A stretch of 64,000 nucleotides of DNA from Candidatus Latescibacterota bacterium (GTDB taxonomy: Bacteria > Latescibacterota > UBA2968 > GCA-2709665), in contig CBDDDZ010000005.1 in the NCBI GenBank assembly GCA_965226795.1, positions 320,001-384,000 of the forward strand. The letters are read 5' to 3'. The notes under the pieces were generated by a model. That model saw nothing but the letters and a program-made list of their open reading frames with translations. It made no database searches and was not told where the DNA came from. Positions 22,773 through 33,642 of this stretch are shown here, piece by piece (within the stretch, counting starts at the first letter, position 1; the number at the start of each line of letters is the position of its first letter). Position numbers and translations under genes: made by a program.

Positions 22773-23159
22773 CTAACCATCGTGACCTCGGTACGCCGGT
22801 GTAACCGGGTAGTCCTCAGGCTTACCCGTGTCCCCGTGTTGAACAACAAAGTCCCTTCGGTCCCGGTAAAGCCGGGCGCGGTTAATCACGTAATCGACAC
22901 CGGGCTCTATGGCGTCCCATTGGGTCATCAGCCAGTATTTGTACTCGCCGATAAAGAGGTATGTGTTTTTCGTACCGAAAAAGCGGCAAGCCACACCCTC
23001 TCCGGCACGGAACCGCTCGCAGATTGCCTTGAGGAGTTCCCCTTGTCCGTCTTTTTCGGACATCACGTACTCGTGGGGCCACGTCTCCCGGTAGGTAACC
23101 GCCTTCCGCCAGGGCGCGCGGTCGATAAGCTCCATAATTATTGGCGCCATGCTTCCCAA
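22773..23159 (-). CDS. Hypothetical protein
   Basis: 128-aa ORF with protein-like composition (PWRKAVTYRETWPHEYV; YKYWLM), co-oriented with hsdR. Confidence 0.7.
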   Translation of the reverse strand: MGSMAPIIMELIDRAPWRKAVTYRETWPHEYVMSEKDGQGELLKAICERFRAGEGVACRFFGTKNTYLFIGEYKYWLMTQWDAIEPGVDYVINRARLYRDRRDFVVQHGDTGKPEDYPVTPAYRGHDG

Positions 23160-23294
23160 CCCTGAGTCGATAGGCGAAACGTTAACCTGATTAATCCAGA
23201 GACTGTCACGGTTAGCTGCTTTATTCGCCGATCAATAAACGCCACCACCGCATTATGTTTTTCGAGCCGTCCAGGAAGCGTATGTGAAGATGGG

Positions 23295-23588
23295 GCGGAC
23301 ATTCCTGTCTGCCCTGCTCATTGTCCTTCTCCGGAGATGCAGACAGAAGAAAGGCTTGCGCCGCTTTAATTGAGCCAATGTTCGTGCTGGTGCTTTTACC
23401 ACAGCCTGAAGGCTTCCCGGCAAGCGCTGTGTCTGTCTTGATGGATCGCGTCAACGAGGCGAAACGTGATTCAAAAGATAACTTACTTTCCTTTTCCAGC
23501 GGGAGAGACGGCGGCGAGTTGTGGTGTGACCGGACACAGGATTCCGACGTTTTCGGTTTGATGTATGCGAGCAGACAGGAATGTCCGC
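23295..23588. repeat. Perfect 18-bp inverted repeat pair (GCGGACATTCCTGTCTGC), REPIN/MITE-like
   Basis: Arms at 23295-23312 and 23571-23588. Confidence 0.75.
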
Positions 23589-23759
23589 TCCACCATACAA
23601 GGCTCTGATTCTACGTATCGCCGGAGCACGGGCATCTCGCCGGACGGCCAACACGCGCTCACCTCGCTATCACTCCCCCGAGCCTTGAGCCTGGGGGAGC
23701 CTGTCGCAGAAGCCGAGCCGGCAGGCGACGGCTGATGCGGTGGGGGGATATCAACGCCT

Positions 23760-26700
23760 TCACCCAACCGCCCACCCCTCCGACAGGACCTCCGCCTGTT
23801 CGATCACCGTCTGCGTGGCCTTTTCCTGCTTATCAGGCGGGTAACCGTGCCGGCGCAGGATGCGGCGCACCAGCACCCTGAGGTGGGCGCGAACGTTCTC
23901 CCGCAGCGTCCAATCGATGGTCACGTTGTTTCGGACAGTCTCCACAAGCTGCTGGGCAATGGCACGCAGCGCCTCGTCGCCGAGCACCTGTACCGCGCTG
24001 TCGTTCGTCTCCAGCGCGTCGTAGAACGCCAACTCGTCCTCCGACAATCCCAACCGCTCGCCCCGTTCGTTGGCCTCCCGCATTTCTTTCGCCAGTTCGA
24101 TCAATTCCTCAATCACCTGCGCCGCCTCTATCGCGCGGTTCTGGTAACGGCGCAGGGTCTGATCCAGCATTTCGGCAAAGGACCGGGCTTGCACGACGTT
24201 TTTGCGCCGCCGGGTGGAAACCTCGCCCCTGAGGAGTTTCTGCAGGAGTTCGACCGCGAGGTTGCGGTGCGGCATCCCGCGCACTTCGGCAAGAAATTCG
24301 TCCGACAACACCGAGAGGTCCGGCTTGTCCAGGCCCGCGGCTGCGAAGATGTCCATCACACCCTCGGAAGCCACGGCGCGTGAGACGATCTGTCGTACAG
24401 CCAGATCCAACTCCTCCTCGGTACGTCTCTCGCCTGCCGCCCGTTTGGACAGGGCCGCCGCCACCGCCTGGAAGAATGCCACGTCGTCGCGGATACGTCG
24501 GGTTTCCTGATGCGGAACGGCCAGTGCGAAGGCCTGCGACAGCGCCCGCACCGCGTTCAGCCAGCGTTCCTTGCCGTCCTCCTGGGACAGGACGTGTTCC
24601 TGTGCGGCGGGCAGCAGGTTCAAACGCTCCGTAGGGGTGCCGGTGGTCCATGCGGCCCAGTCGAAACCGTGCAACAAGCCGCAGCAAACCTCGTACTTCT
24701 CCAGCATCACCGCCACCGCTTCTTCCTTGTCCAGCGCCGTCTTCCCGGTACCACCGCTTTCGGTATAGGCGGCCAGTGCCTGTCGCAAATCTTGCGACAA
24801 TCCCAGGTAGTCCACCACGAGCCCGCCGGGCTTGTCTTTGTACACCCGGTTCACCCGGGCGATGGCCTGCATCAGGCCGTGCCCGCGCATCGGTTTGTCC
24901 ACGTACATCGTATGCAGGCTGGGCGCGTCGAACCCCGTCAGCCACATGTCCCGAACCAGCACGACCCGCATTGGGTCGCGGGCGTCCCTGAAACGTTTCG
25001 CAAGCTCCTCCCTGCGGGGTTTATTGCGGATGTGCGGCTGCCAATCCGGTGGGTCGGAAGCGGAGCCGGTCATCACCACTTTGATGGTTCCCCTGTCGTC
25101 AGCGTCATCGTGCCAGCCGGGCCGCAGGCGGACCAGTTCGCGGTAGAGGTCGATACAGATGCGACGGCTCATACAGACGATCATCGCCTTGCCATCCAGC
25201 GCCTCCAGCCGCTGCTCGAAATGGTCCACGATATCCTCGGCTATCTGCCCGACTCGCTTCTCCGCGCCGACCACCGCTTCCAACTGCGCCCACTTCGTCT
25301 TGAGCTTCTCCCTGCGCTCCACCTCCTCGCCCTCGGTAGCCTCCTCGAACTCGGGGTCGATGTTCGGCTTTTCGTCCTCGTCCAGGGCCAACTTCGCCAG
25401 GCGGCTCTCGTAATAGATGGGCACCGTGGCCCCGTCCAGAACAGCGCGCTGGATGTCGTAGATGCTGATGTAGTCGCCGAACACGGCCCGGGTATTCGCG
25501 TCCCGAAGTTCGATGGGCGTACCGGTAAAGCCGACGAACGACGCGTTGGGCAGCGCGTCTCGCATGTGAGCGGCGAACCCGTCGATGAAGTCGTACTGGC
25601 TGCGGTGGGCCTCGTCGGCGATCACCACGATGTTGCGCCTATCCGACAACTCAGGGTGCGTATCCCCCGGTCCCCACTTCACGCCCTCTCCCGCTGGGAG
25701 AGGGCAGGGGTGAGGGTGCCGCCGAAGGCGGCATGAATTTTTGGATGGTCGTGAAGATCACGCCGCCGGCATTTACCGATAGCTTGTTCCGCAGGTCCGC
25801 CCGGCTCTCCGCCTGCGCCGGCGGCTGGCGCAGCAGATCCTGGCAGCGGGAGAACGTCCCGTAAAGCTGGTCGTCCAGGTCGTTGCGGTCGGTGAGCACC
25901 ACGACCGTCGGGTTCTCCATCGTCGGCTCGCGGATGATGGCCCCCGTGTAGAACGCCATCGTCAGGCTCTTGCCCGACCCCTGCGTGTGCCAAACCACGC
26001 CGATGCGCCGGTCGCCAGGGTTTCCCGCCGGGTTTTCGCCCCGTCTCGTACCTTCCGCCAGTGTCGACAGTCCTGTCTGGCCGCTCGCTGTCAACTCCGC
26101 CGCTCTCGAAGCGTTTCGTCAACCGCGACTCTCACGGCGTGGAACTGGTGATAACCCGCCATTTTCTTCTCCAGCGCACCGCTACCGTCGTCATCGAAAA
26201 CGATGAATTCGCGAACGAGCGCCAGGAAGCGGGTCCGATTAAACACGCCCTCCAGCATCACCTGAAGCTCGGTCAAGAGCTTATCGGCCACCGTCTCTCC
26301 AGCAACCGTGCGCCAGGGCTTGAACCACTCCTTGCCCGACGTCAACGTGCCGATACGTGCCTGGATCCCGTCCGAGACCATCAGCGCTTCGTTCATGGAG
26401 AACAGGCTCGGCAGTTCCGTCTTGTAAGTCTGAAGTTGGTTCCACGCCGTCCAGATTGTGGCGTCCTCGTCCGCCGGGTTCTTCAGTTCGATCACGCCCA
26501 GGGGTAAACCGTTCAAAAACAGAACAATATCCGGCCTGCGGTTGTTCTTGTTCTCCGTGACCGTAAACTGATTCACCGCCAGCCAGTCGTTGCTGTCGGG
26601 TTTATCGAAATCGATGACCCGTACCTGGTCGCCGCGCACGTGTCCCTCTGCGTCCCGATACTCGACTTCGACACCGTTCACGAGCATCCGGTGGAACGCA

Positions 26701-26960
26701 CGGTTTCGGGCTTCCAGGGTCGATCCATCGGGACGGGTCAACTTGCGGCAGGCATCGTCCAGTGTGGACGGGGGTAGGGTGGGGTTCAGTTCGGCGATGG
26801 CGCCGCGAAGCCTGTGCTCAAGGACCACCTGTCGGTAGTCATCGCGCTCCGCGTCAGGCGTCTCCGGCGCAATATCTGGACCGTGCAGGACCTGCCAACC
26901 GAGACCTGAGAGCCAATCAAGGGCTGCCTGTTCAACGTCGGCTTCGGTGAGGGTGGTCAT
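23760..26960 (-). CDS. hsdR: Type I restriction endonuclease subunit R, split by frameshifts near 26100 and 25667 (pseudogene or sequence error)
   Basis: [21 protein letters not shown] nuclease motif, HTQGSGKS Walker A, DEAHRSQY, and MWLTGFDAP lie in three successive frames. Confidence 0.9.
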
Positions 26961-26964
26961 AGCG

Positions 26965-27315
26965 TCACTCCCGGATGCGAATACGCGAATCTTCGACGAT
27001 CCAGAGCTGTCCCTGAAGAGAAGTGATCAACTCACCAATCAGGGCGCTCCCGATGTCCAGCAAATGATCTCTCGATTGCCTGCTGGGTCGAATAACCACT
27101 ATCCCAGGATACAACTCCGGCGGGTAGGCCCTGATGTCGCTGAAATCCAAGTCCAACGTTACCAGGATTCGGCCTTCATGTCCGCAAACGGCGGCGAGGT
27201 TGGGATCGTCCGTGCCGATCATTTGCTGATCAAACACGTTAATCGCGTCGTGCCCGGCTTCCGCAAAGAGCGCTGCCATCTCCGCAGGCAGATTTTCGTC
27301 GAACTTGAACCGCAT
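26965..27315 (-). CDS. DUF5615 family PIN-like toxin
   Basis: [22 protein letters not shown]; directly follows the DUF433 gene. Confidence 0.85.
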   Translation of the reverse strand: MRFKFDENLPAEMAALFAEAGHDAINVFDQQMIGTDDPNLAAVCGHEGRILVTLDLDFSDIRAYPPELYPGIVVIRPSRQSRDHLLDIGSALIGELITSLQGQLWIVEDSRIRIRE

Positions 27316-27322
27316 GGCTTCC

Positions 27323-27692
<370 letters not shown>

Positions 27693-27696
<4 letters not shown>

Positions 27697-27971
27697 TCGT
27701 CTGCTTCGTCGACGAAGGGTATCTTGCGGCTGCTTTCGCGGCGGTCTGGGATTTCAAGGTTCGTACCGCGCGGCGTGTTTTCAACCAGCCAAGGGCCCAG
27801 GGAGATGGACACCTGGCCTTGAGTCTTCCATACGCGCTCGGGTACCACGATAAAGGGCTACCGTGCGCCGATGCGTTGTGGCCCCTCCTCCTCGGCAAGG
27901 CGAAGGATTTCGGATAGCCGGGCCTTCGCCTCGGCCACGGTCCAGACCCGGTGGGATTCGGTGATGTGCAT
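27693..27971 (-). pseudogene. Phd/YefM-like antitoxin with internal TAG at codon 38
   Basis: GGAGA RBS; WTVAEAKARLSEILRLAEEEGPQRIG; stop at 27858-27860, frame continues to 27693. Confidence 0.75.
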
Positions 27972-28056
27972 GTTGGATCTCCTTGGTTATTCTGCGCCAC
28001 TCGCCGCTTCCCTGCCCTATCTCCCATAGTAATGGATACGCGGTTTGCCATAAGCC

Positions 28057-28317
28057 TTAATCCAACGGTGCGATCCTGCCCAGCGGCTCCAAACACTGCG
28101 CACGTACCCAGGCTGCCATCAGTTCGTCCTGGTGAAGGGATGCCCATTCCTCCACAAGCCGGCGGGCACGGGAGGGAAGCCGCCCCTCCACTACGCTGAT
28201 GCTGTTTATCTCTATGACAGCTTCATGTTCGCCGTACAGCGCGTGAAAATGAGGCGGATTGTGGTCGCGAAAATTAAGACGAATGCTGATGCCGTAGAAT
28301 CTACAGAGTTCAGGCAT
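28057..28317 (-). CDS. DUF4160 family protein
   Basis: MPELCRFYGISI..DHNPPHFHALYG..LVEEWASLHQDELMAAW. Confidence 0.9.
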   Translation of the reverse strand: MPELCRFYGISIRLNFRDHNPPHFHALYGEHEAVIEINSISVVEGRLPSRARRLVEEWASLHQDELMAAWVRAQCLEPLGRIAPLD

Positions 28318-28600
28318 CGCGGCTCTGCATTATCTGCTTCACACCAGGCATCATTTCCTCAACAGGTTTGCCTGTGAGTTCCAGGTACAGGGCATCGGCG
28401 CAGAGGTCGATGTCATCGTCCCAGGCTATGGCTCTGTGGGGAGTTATATGCACTCTCTCGAAATATCCCGGCTCGTCCCAAATTTTGAAAACGCCCTTTC
28501 CGGCCAGGTGCGACAGGTCAATCTCACCGGCGACGCCATCTGCATATCGAAGCCAGATGCGGTAGCCGGCTCGTGGATGTACTTCGGTTGGTCGAATCAT
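28310..28600 (-). CDS. DUF2442 family protein
   Basis: GAGG RBS; YRIWLRYADGVAGEIDLS..IAWDDDIDLCADALY. Confidence 0.85.
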   Translation of the reverse strand: MIRPTEVHPRAGYRIWLRYADGVAGEIDLSHLAGKGVFKIWDEPGYFERVHITPHRAIAWDDDIDLCADALYLELTGKPVEEMMPGVKQIMQSRDA

Positions 28601-28734
28601 TGTAATGCCTCCTCTATCGTCAATATGGTCTATTATTGACTGTCTTATCGGATCAATCTCGATCTGCGTCCCGTGCGACGCCGTTACGCACAGGCCTCCC
28701 TCTTTGCAGCGCCTCGACTGGGCGCCTGCGGGTG

Positions 28735-28852
28735 GTCTGCATATTACTGTGATGGCGTGGACGTGGTTGGATATCACAACAAATCCGTGACGTCGGTTTC
28801 GATGACCGTAGTCGTGGTTTTGTAGGGGTGGTTCGCGAACCGCCCCTACAAG
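28735..28852 (-). mobile_element. Possible RAYT/Y1-transposase remnant next to a REP hairpin
   Basis: FVVISNHVHAITVI resembles the HUH motif FVVMPNHVHGII; GTAGGGGTGGTTCGCGAACCGCCCCTAC at about 28822-28849. Confidence 0.5.
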
Positions 28853-28853
28853 A

Positions 28854-29018
28854 TTACAGGTGGTTCCGCTTCCGGTCGAGCACGACCTGTCCATAGTCCT
28901 CTCGCTCGGCATTCGGTATATCCGGCGCGATATCCGGACTGTGCAGAACCTGCCATCCGAGTCCAGAAAGCCACTCAAGGGCTGCCTGCTCAACGTCGGC
29001 TTCGAGGAGGGTGGTCAT
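28854..29018 (-). pseudogene. Truncated duplicate of the hsdR 5' end (about 47 codons)
   Basis: [32 protein letters not shown] vs [32 protein letters not shown] at 26960. Confidence 0.9.
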
Positions 29019-29047
29019 GGTCTGACTACCTTGCTGCAAATGGTTGA

Positions 29048-30643
29048 TTAATCAAACCCTTGTTCCGTCACTAACATAACCATAAACCCATTCTTGCCCC
29101 CAAACCCTTTACCGCCGCCCATGTTCCAGCCAAAGTTTCCGGTGTTTCCAACCCGCCCTTGAAAAACAGGAATCTTGCTCTGAGAATGAGCACGAGTAGT
29201 CTGGATTTCTAAACGATCAACGGAACCGTCGTGACACTTAATGAAGCGGCACTGATGTCCATTTGTTCCTATCGCACTTATTAAATCTTCTAATGTGCGT
29301 CGATTTTGGCTGGGACCATGCGCGGTCACTTCATGTTGCTCTGCCAGCCTGTAACACTCAAGTGCTTCGTTGAAGAGTCCAATCATCACCAGAGTGTTTC
29401 CTTTATTGAAGAATGTCCTTCCTGAGTTCTTTTCGTCCGCTCGTAACGACAGTGCCTTATCGTAGTCGTTGATGGCCTCGCCACTCTGGCCTAGGTCAAG
29501 GTACACGTTTCCACGATTGAAAAACGCTACCTCCTTGTCAAGAGAAATGGCCGCCTTCAATTGGACCGCTTTGCCGTAATAGCTCAACGCGGCGTCGTAT
29601 TCGCACAATTCGGCCATCGCGTTGCCGCAATTGAAATAAGCCATAAAAAGCATCAAGCTTCGTACAGGATTGTCCTCTGCGGTTTCAATACCGAACAAAA
29701 CTTGGTCTCTATGTGCAATTGCCTGTTCGTAGTCTTGCACAGCTTCACGAAAAAGCGTTGATGCGGACTTTGCATTCCCACGCAAAAAGTAGAACTCCCC
29801 TACGTTTGGAACAAGGTCTATGCATCTATCATAGGTGGCAATCGCATGCCCATAATTGCCTACTTGGTAGTGCTGGTTCCCTTGGACAAAATAGAACTTA
29901 GGATTCTTGACCCGAACAGTGGACGCCACTCCTTCCGAACCAGAAAATCCATAAATGTCGGGGAAGAGGAATGCCTGACTGATGTCGAGCAACGCCAGTT
30001 CCTCAATGAGCGACGCCTTGTCGTCCTTTGAGATTTCTATTTCTTGAATGATGTGGCTGTCCTTTGGCACCAAAGGTCGCCCGATCACAAAAACGCCACG
30101 CTGTCTAAGTATCCGGGGCATCGCATCACCGCTCCACATTGGCTCCCAATAGAGCATTCTCGGCGCATTGTCCGCACGGGTAAACACCGCTTCGATGGTT
30201 TGCAACTCTGGATCGTTTGGCACCTTGGCAACTTGAATGGTGTCATTTGCATTCAAGACAAAAAGCTTCCCATCAAAATCAGATTCACTACAGGCAAACC
30301 AGAGAGCGGTCAAAGGACTCCACGTGAAGTCCAGCAATCCTGTAGCTGCATTGAAATGTTGAAGTTTGGCGAGAAGCTGTAGATCGGTAACGTGGTGCCC
30401 GGTCTCGACTCCGAAACCACGGGTGCGTGCAGCCTCTACGAGGGTGTCGCGGTGATAGTCGATGTAGATGTTGCTGAAATGGGGATTGTTCCAGGCATCA
30501 TCCCCTAAACTCTCAATCAGGCGACGAGTCGCTGCTGAACGTAGCGGCCACTCCGCTCTTGCTTGGCCTCGATACGCGTAGATCCCCGGTCTGGAAGTGG
30601 CTTGTCGTATTTCTTGCAGGTACTTCTCAAGTACGGAAGCCAT
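29048..30643 (-). CDS. FRG-domain protein with C-terminal TPR repeats
   Basis: YRGQ..LQHFNAATGLLDFTWSPLTALWFAC..RILRQRGVF; multiple YFNRGN-type TPRs. Confidence 0.88.
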   Translation of the reverse strand: MASVLEKYLQEIRQATSRPGIYAYRGQARAEWPLRSAATRRLIESLGDDAWNNPHFSNIYIDYHRDTLVEAARTRGFGVETGHHVTDLQLLAKLQHFNAATGLLDFTWSPLTALWFACSESDFDGKLFVLNANDTIQVAKVPNDPELQTIEAVFTRADNAPRMLYWEPMWSGDAMPRILRQRGVFVIGRPLVPKDSHIIQEIEISKDDKASLIEELALLDISQAFLFPDIYGFSGSEGVASTVRVKNPKFYFVQGNQHYQVGNYGHAIATYDRCIDLVPNVGEFYFLRGNAKSASTLFREAVQDYEQAIAHRDQVLFGIETAEDNPVRSLMLFMAYFNCGNAMAELCEYDAALSYYGKAVQLKAAISLDKEVAFFNRGNVYLDLGQSGEAINDYDKALSLRADEKNSGRTFFNKGNTLVMIGLFNEALECYRLAEQHEVTAHGPSQNRRTLEDLISAIGTNGHQCRFIKCHDGSVDRLEIQTTRAHSQSKIPVFQGRVGNTGNFGWNMGGGKGFGGKNGFMVMLVTEQGFD

Positions 30644-31566
30644 TAGTCTTTACCCTTCAGGTTTACAGGAGACCGACACTTCAATCTACATCTCCCCGAA
30701 TCTTGATTCGCTATAGCCAACTGTTTGCGGCTGAGGTAACTCGCGAATGACGCACAGGCTCCAAGCATGAAGACCGCCTCCTCTTGCCCGACGTTGGATT
30801 TATCATCGTCTAATAACGCGTGGCGGATTCCTTGTTCATCGTTCGTGTACCCATAGATTCTGTTGAAACCCTCACGCAGGGCCTTATATTCCAATAGGCC
30901 TTTCTTTCCCAACACACTCAGCGCTTCACCCAAAGTCTTTGCCTTCGGAGCTATCAATCGGGCGACGGATTCCACCGAGTGGATACTCTCTCGTACCGCC
31001 CCGGCCCAATCCTTTTGGTTAATATGCGAAGACGCCATTTGCAGATGTTGGCGAGGTGCGGTAAGTCCGGCAGACCGAAGGTGCGACAAAGAGTCGATAA
31101 TGTTTGTGCCTTCTTCAGGCGTCGTTGATGGATAAATGGCTGGTGGAGGTCCTTCATCGACAAGATAAGCCAGCTTGCAATTTTGAAATACCTCAGAAAT
31201 CTGAGCGATTGTAGCCCGAGGGCATTCTTTGTGGCGCATTACCGCCAACAGCAAATCGAATACCCTATTGAAGGGCTCATTCTGGATGAAGTCTTGGATG
31301 GGTCGATCAAATAATCTTTGAACGTCAGCATATTCGATTACTTCTGAGGTCATGGGCATGCTAAGGAAATGTGAGTAAATATACGAGAAGATCTCTTGCC
31401 ACGGGTGCGTATAGTGACCGAATCGGTCTATACTTGGGGAAACCAATACATTCCATAACCGCACCCGTGCGTCTCCGCTTAGCTCCTCAAGTTTAAGCTG
31501 TTGAGGCAAAGCCTCATAGCCATGGGCTCGAGAAAACGACAACAATCGAGGGTCAACTGTACTCAT
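30643..31566 (-). CDS. AbiJ-NTD4-like protein with probable HEPN-like C-terminus
   Basis: N-terminal FSRAHGY..L..ARVRLWN; C-terminal AVRESIHSVES..IYGYTNDEQGIRHAL..EAVFML. Confidence 0.7.
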   Translation of the reverse strand: MSTVDPRLLSFSRAHGYEALPQQLKLEELSGDARVRLWNVLVSPSIDRFGHYTHPWQEIFSYIYSHFLSMPMTSEVIEYADVQRLFDRPIQDFIQNEPFNRVFDLLLAVMRHKECPRATIAQISEVFQNCKLAYLVDEGPPPAIYPSTTPEEGTNIIDSLSHLRSAGLTAPRQHLQMASSHINQKDWAGAVRESIHSVESVARLIAPKAKTLGEALSVLGKKGLLEYKALREGFNRIYGYTNDEQGIRHALLDDDKSNVGQEEAVFMLGACASFASYLSRKQLAIANQDSGRCRLKCRSPVNLKGKD

Positions 31567-31615
31567 TGCCTTTAACTCTTCCTTTCCGCACGTGATATTT
31601 TTAGACGCAATCTAC

Positions 31616-33283
31616 TTAACCAATCCCCAACTCTCCTGTAACCAACTTCGGCAGAAGCGCGTCGCGCAGAGCGGTGAGGGTTCGAGATTCTTGCCGATTG
31701 TTCAAGACGCGGCGCAAGACTCTGGATGCGGTCAATCCGAATGCTTCAGCAATCTCCTTGGTCGGCAGTACAGTGTCAATAGAGAGCACTGCATTTGCCG
31801 GTGCCCTCTGGTGACTCTTAGAAGTACCTGTGACGAGGGATTTCATCTGCTCGCGGAAAAGAGGTGAACGCGCGAAGCAGTATACGTAACTCCGAGCAAA
31901 TGGTGGGTTAGCCCGCAAAACCAAGAACTCGGTCGAGCAAATCGCTCTCTCGCATGGTAATATATCCGTTAACCACACCCGCTCAATCTCAGGGTTGAGT
32001 TTGGAAAGCAGGACGACATCCTGAGGCACCCGTGACTTTGAACTCTTGATTTCATTACCAAGCTCGCGCTTTGGCAGTTGTCCCTCGTCATAGGACGGAA
32101 TACTGAAATGACTGAATTCGGTGTTCGGTGATAAACCCGGGTTCTCATTGCTGGTCAGTCTCGTTACGATATCACTTAACTTTCCCACCTCCCACCCCTC
32201 CGGTATCTCTCCAAGTTCCGAGTCGACCAGCCGGTCGGGGAAGAGGTCGATGACGCTTTTGTCCATGCTGTCGAGATAGGCGCGAGCTCGCTCCACTGTC
32301 CAATCGCTCCCCCCCGAGGGGGGAGTGATGAGCGCTGCCTTGGCGCGAACGGGGTCGAAGTCCACAAACCACGACTTGAAAAGCGCACGTGCCATCTCCT
32401 CCAGCGTCTCGTTCATCCGCCGGTTTGACTCGATTTTGTCGTCCAGTCTGCCGAGGATGTGGGCGATGGCGCGCTGTTCTGCCACGTCTGATGGTGCCTG
32501 CACTTCAAACGATTCGATCATCTGCTTCGTAAGGGCATTTCGGGTACCACCCGAACCCGCCCACGACAAGAGCATTGTCTGGATTTCAGGTGAAACCAAA
32601 TAGTAACGCAGAAAGGTCGGGTCCAGTCTGTTGGGGTCGGGCCTAAGGATTGCCACATGTTGGTTAACACGTGCTGGAAGCACCTCCGGATCAACCTGAC
32701 AGACGCGCGCGACTGAGTCACCCGTGATGTTTAACAGCACGTCTTTCGGAAACACGTCGACATTTTGGAGAGCATCAGCTTGCTTCTCGCTTATGAACGC
32801 CAAGCCGTCACGAGAAAATCCGGAGTTGTATACGTTCTGACTCCGAATTAGCGCGTAGGGGCCGTCATTAATATAGGCTTCTTTGCCGCCGCGAGGCGTC
32901 GCACCGCTGCCTATCTTTCTACACACGTCACCCAACTGAACTTGCACCCAGGAGGCCGCAGACGATTTTTCGCTAACGTCCTGTAGAACCTCATAGTTCC
33001 GCTCGATCTCTCGATGAAAACTCTCAGGTAACCGCGCCCAATCGTGTGCCTGTACCAGGATCGGGATGTTGGAATTCTCAATGGCCTCCAGGAGATCGAA
33101 AAAGCCGTCGCCCAGAGGCTTCAGTTCGGGACCTCTCACCACCAGGTCCAGGTCGCTTCCCTCGTGACTCTCGCCCGTGACGCGGCTGCCGTAGGCCCAG
33201 ACCTCCGCGTCGGGAACGTGCTCACGCAGAAGCCCCACAAGGATGCGTCTGTATCGCTGCGGCAGATGCAATCTGTCAGTCAT
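31616..33283 (-). CDS. hsdS: Type I R-M specificity subunit with N-terminal fused MNT nucleotidyltransferase
   Basis: The first ~100 aa carry VWAYGSRV..SDLDLV. Then TRD1 (IGSGATP), EQRAIAHILGRLDDKIE, SELGEIPEGW, TRD2, and LRDALLPKLVTGEL. Confidence 0.92.
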   Translation of the reverse strand: MTDRLHLPQRYRRILVGLLREHVPDAEVWAYGSRVTGESHEGSDLDLVVRGPELKPLGDGFFDLLEAIENSNIPILVQAHDWARLPESFHREIERNYEVLQDVSEKSSAASWVQVQLGDVCRKIGSGATPRGGKEAYINDGPYALIRSQNVYNSGFSRDGLAFISEKQADALQNVDVFPKDVLLNITGDSVARVCQVDPEVLPARVNQHVAILRPDPNRLDPTFLRYYLVSPEIQTMLLSWAGSGGTRNALTKQMIESFEVQAPSDVAEQRAIAHILGRLDDKIESNRRMNETLEEMARALFKSWFVDFDPVRAKAALITPPSGGSDWTVERARAYLDSMDKSVIDLFPDRLVDSELGEIPEGWEVGKLSDIVTRLTSNENPGLSPNTEFSHFSIPSYDEGQLPKRELGNEIKSSKSRVPQDVVLLSKLNPEIERVWLTDILPCERAICSTEFLVLRANPPFARSYVYCFARSPLFREQMKSLVTGTSKSHQRAPANAVLSIDTVLPTKEIAEAFGLTASRVLRRVLNNRQESRTLTALRDALLPKLVTGELGIG

Positions 33284-33340
33284 CGTCGCCCTTTGCGATG
33301 ATTTTTGTCAACTCTCTGTCGTCCGTCCGTGCTCCGGAAC

Positions 33341-33462
33341 AACCCTCTCCCAGTGGGAGAGGGTGGCGCGAATCTTGTTGCTGCGCATCGCTTCGGTTCG
33401 TCTGTCCGGCAGTCAGACCCTCTCCCTCTGGGAGAGGGTGGCGCGAAGCGCCGGGTGAGGGT
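33341..33462. repeat. Two CCCTCTCCCnnTGGGAGAGGGTGGCGCGAA palindromic elements
   Basis: Copies at about 33341-33372 and 33416-33462; related copies at 35766-35811 and about 25684-25718. Confidence 0.85.
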
Positions 33463-33562
33463 GTGCTTCGCGGGTTTTGGCTGTGGCGACGCAGCCGGGC
33501 AGGTCGGGTACGTAGGCCGCGTAGTTATTGGGGGTCCTTTCGATCACGACGGTGTATTTCAT
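33413..33562 (-). pseudogene. HicB-like antitoxin truncated by a palindromic repeat
   Basis: GGAGG upstream; MKYTVVIERTPNNYAAYVPDLPGCVATAKTRE reads into the repeat and stops. Confidence 0.8.
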
Positions 33563-33642
33563 CCGTTGAATTCCTCCTTCAAGCCGGAATGCAGTTGCGT
33601 GTGGTTCCGGGAGTCGTCATCCGAGGAAATAGCAACCCGTCT

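Noticed and set aside
27858..27860. Amber read-through or recoding in the Phd-like gene
   Set aside because: The partner VapC is also broken and TAG is a normal stop elsewhere in the window; decay is the simpler explanation.
28601..28993. 227-aa ORF 28310-28993 as one protein
   Set aside because: The upstream part reads through the hsdR remnant, REP and RAYT-like debris; the DUF2442 gene has its own RBS and ATG at 28600.
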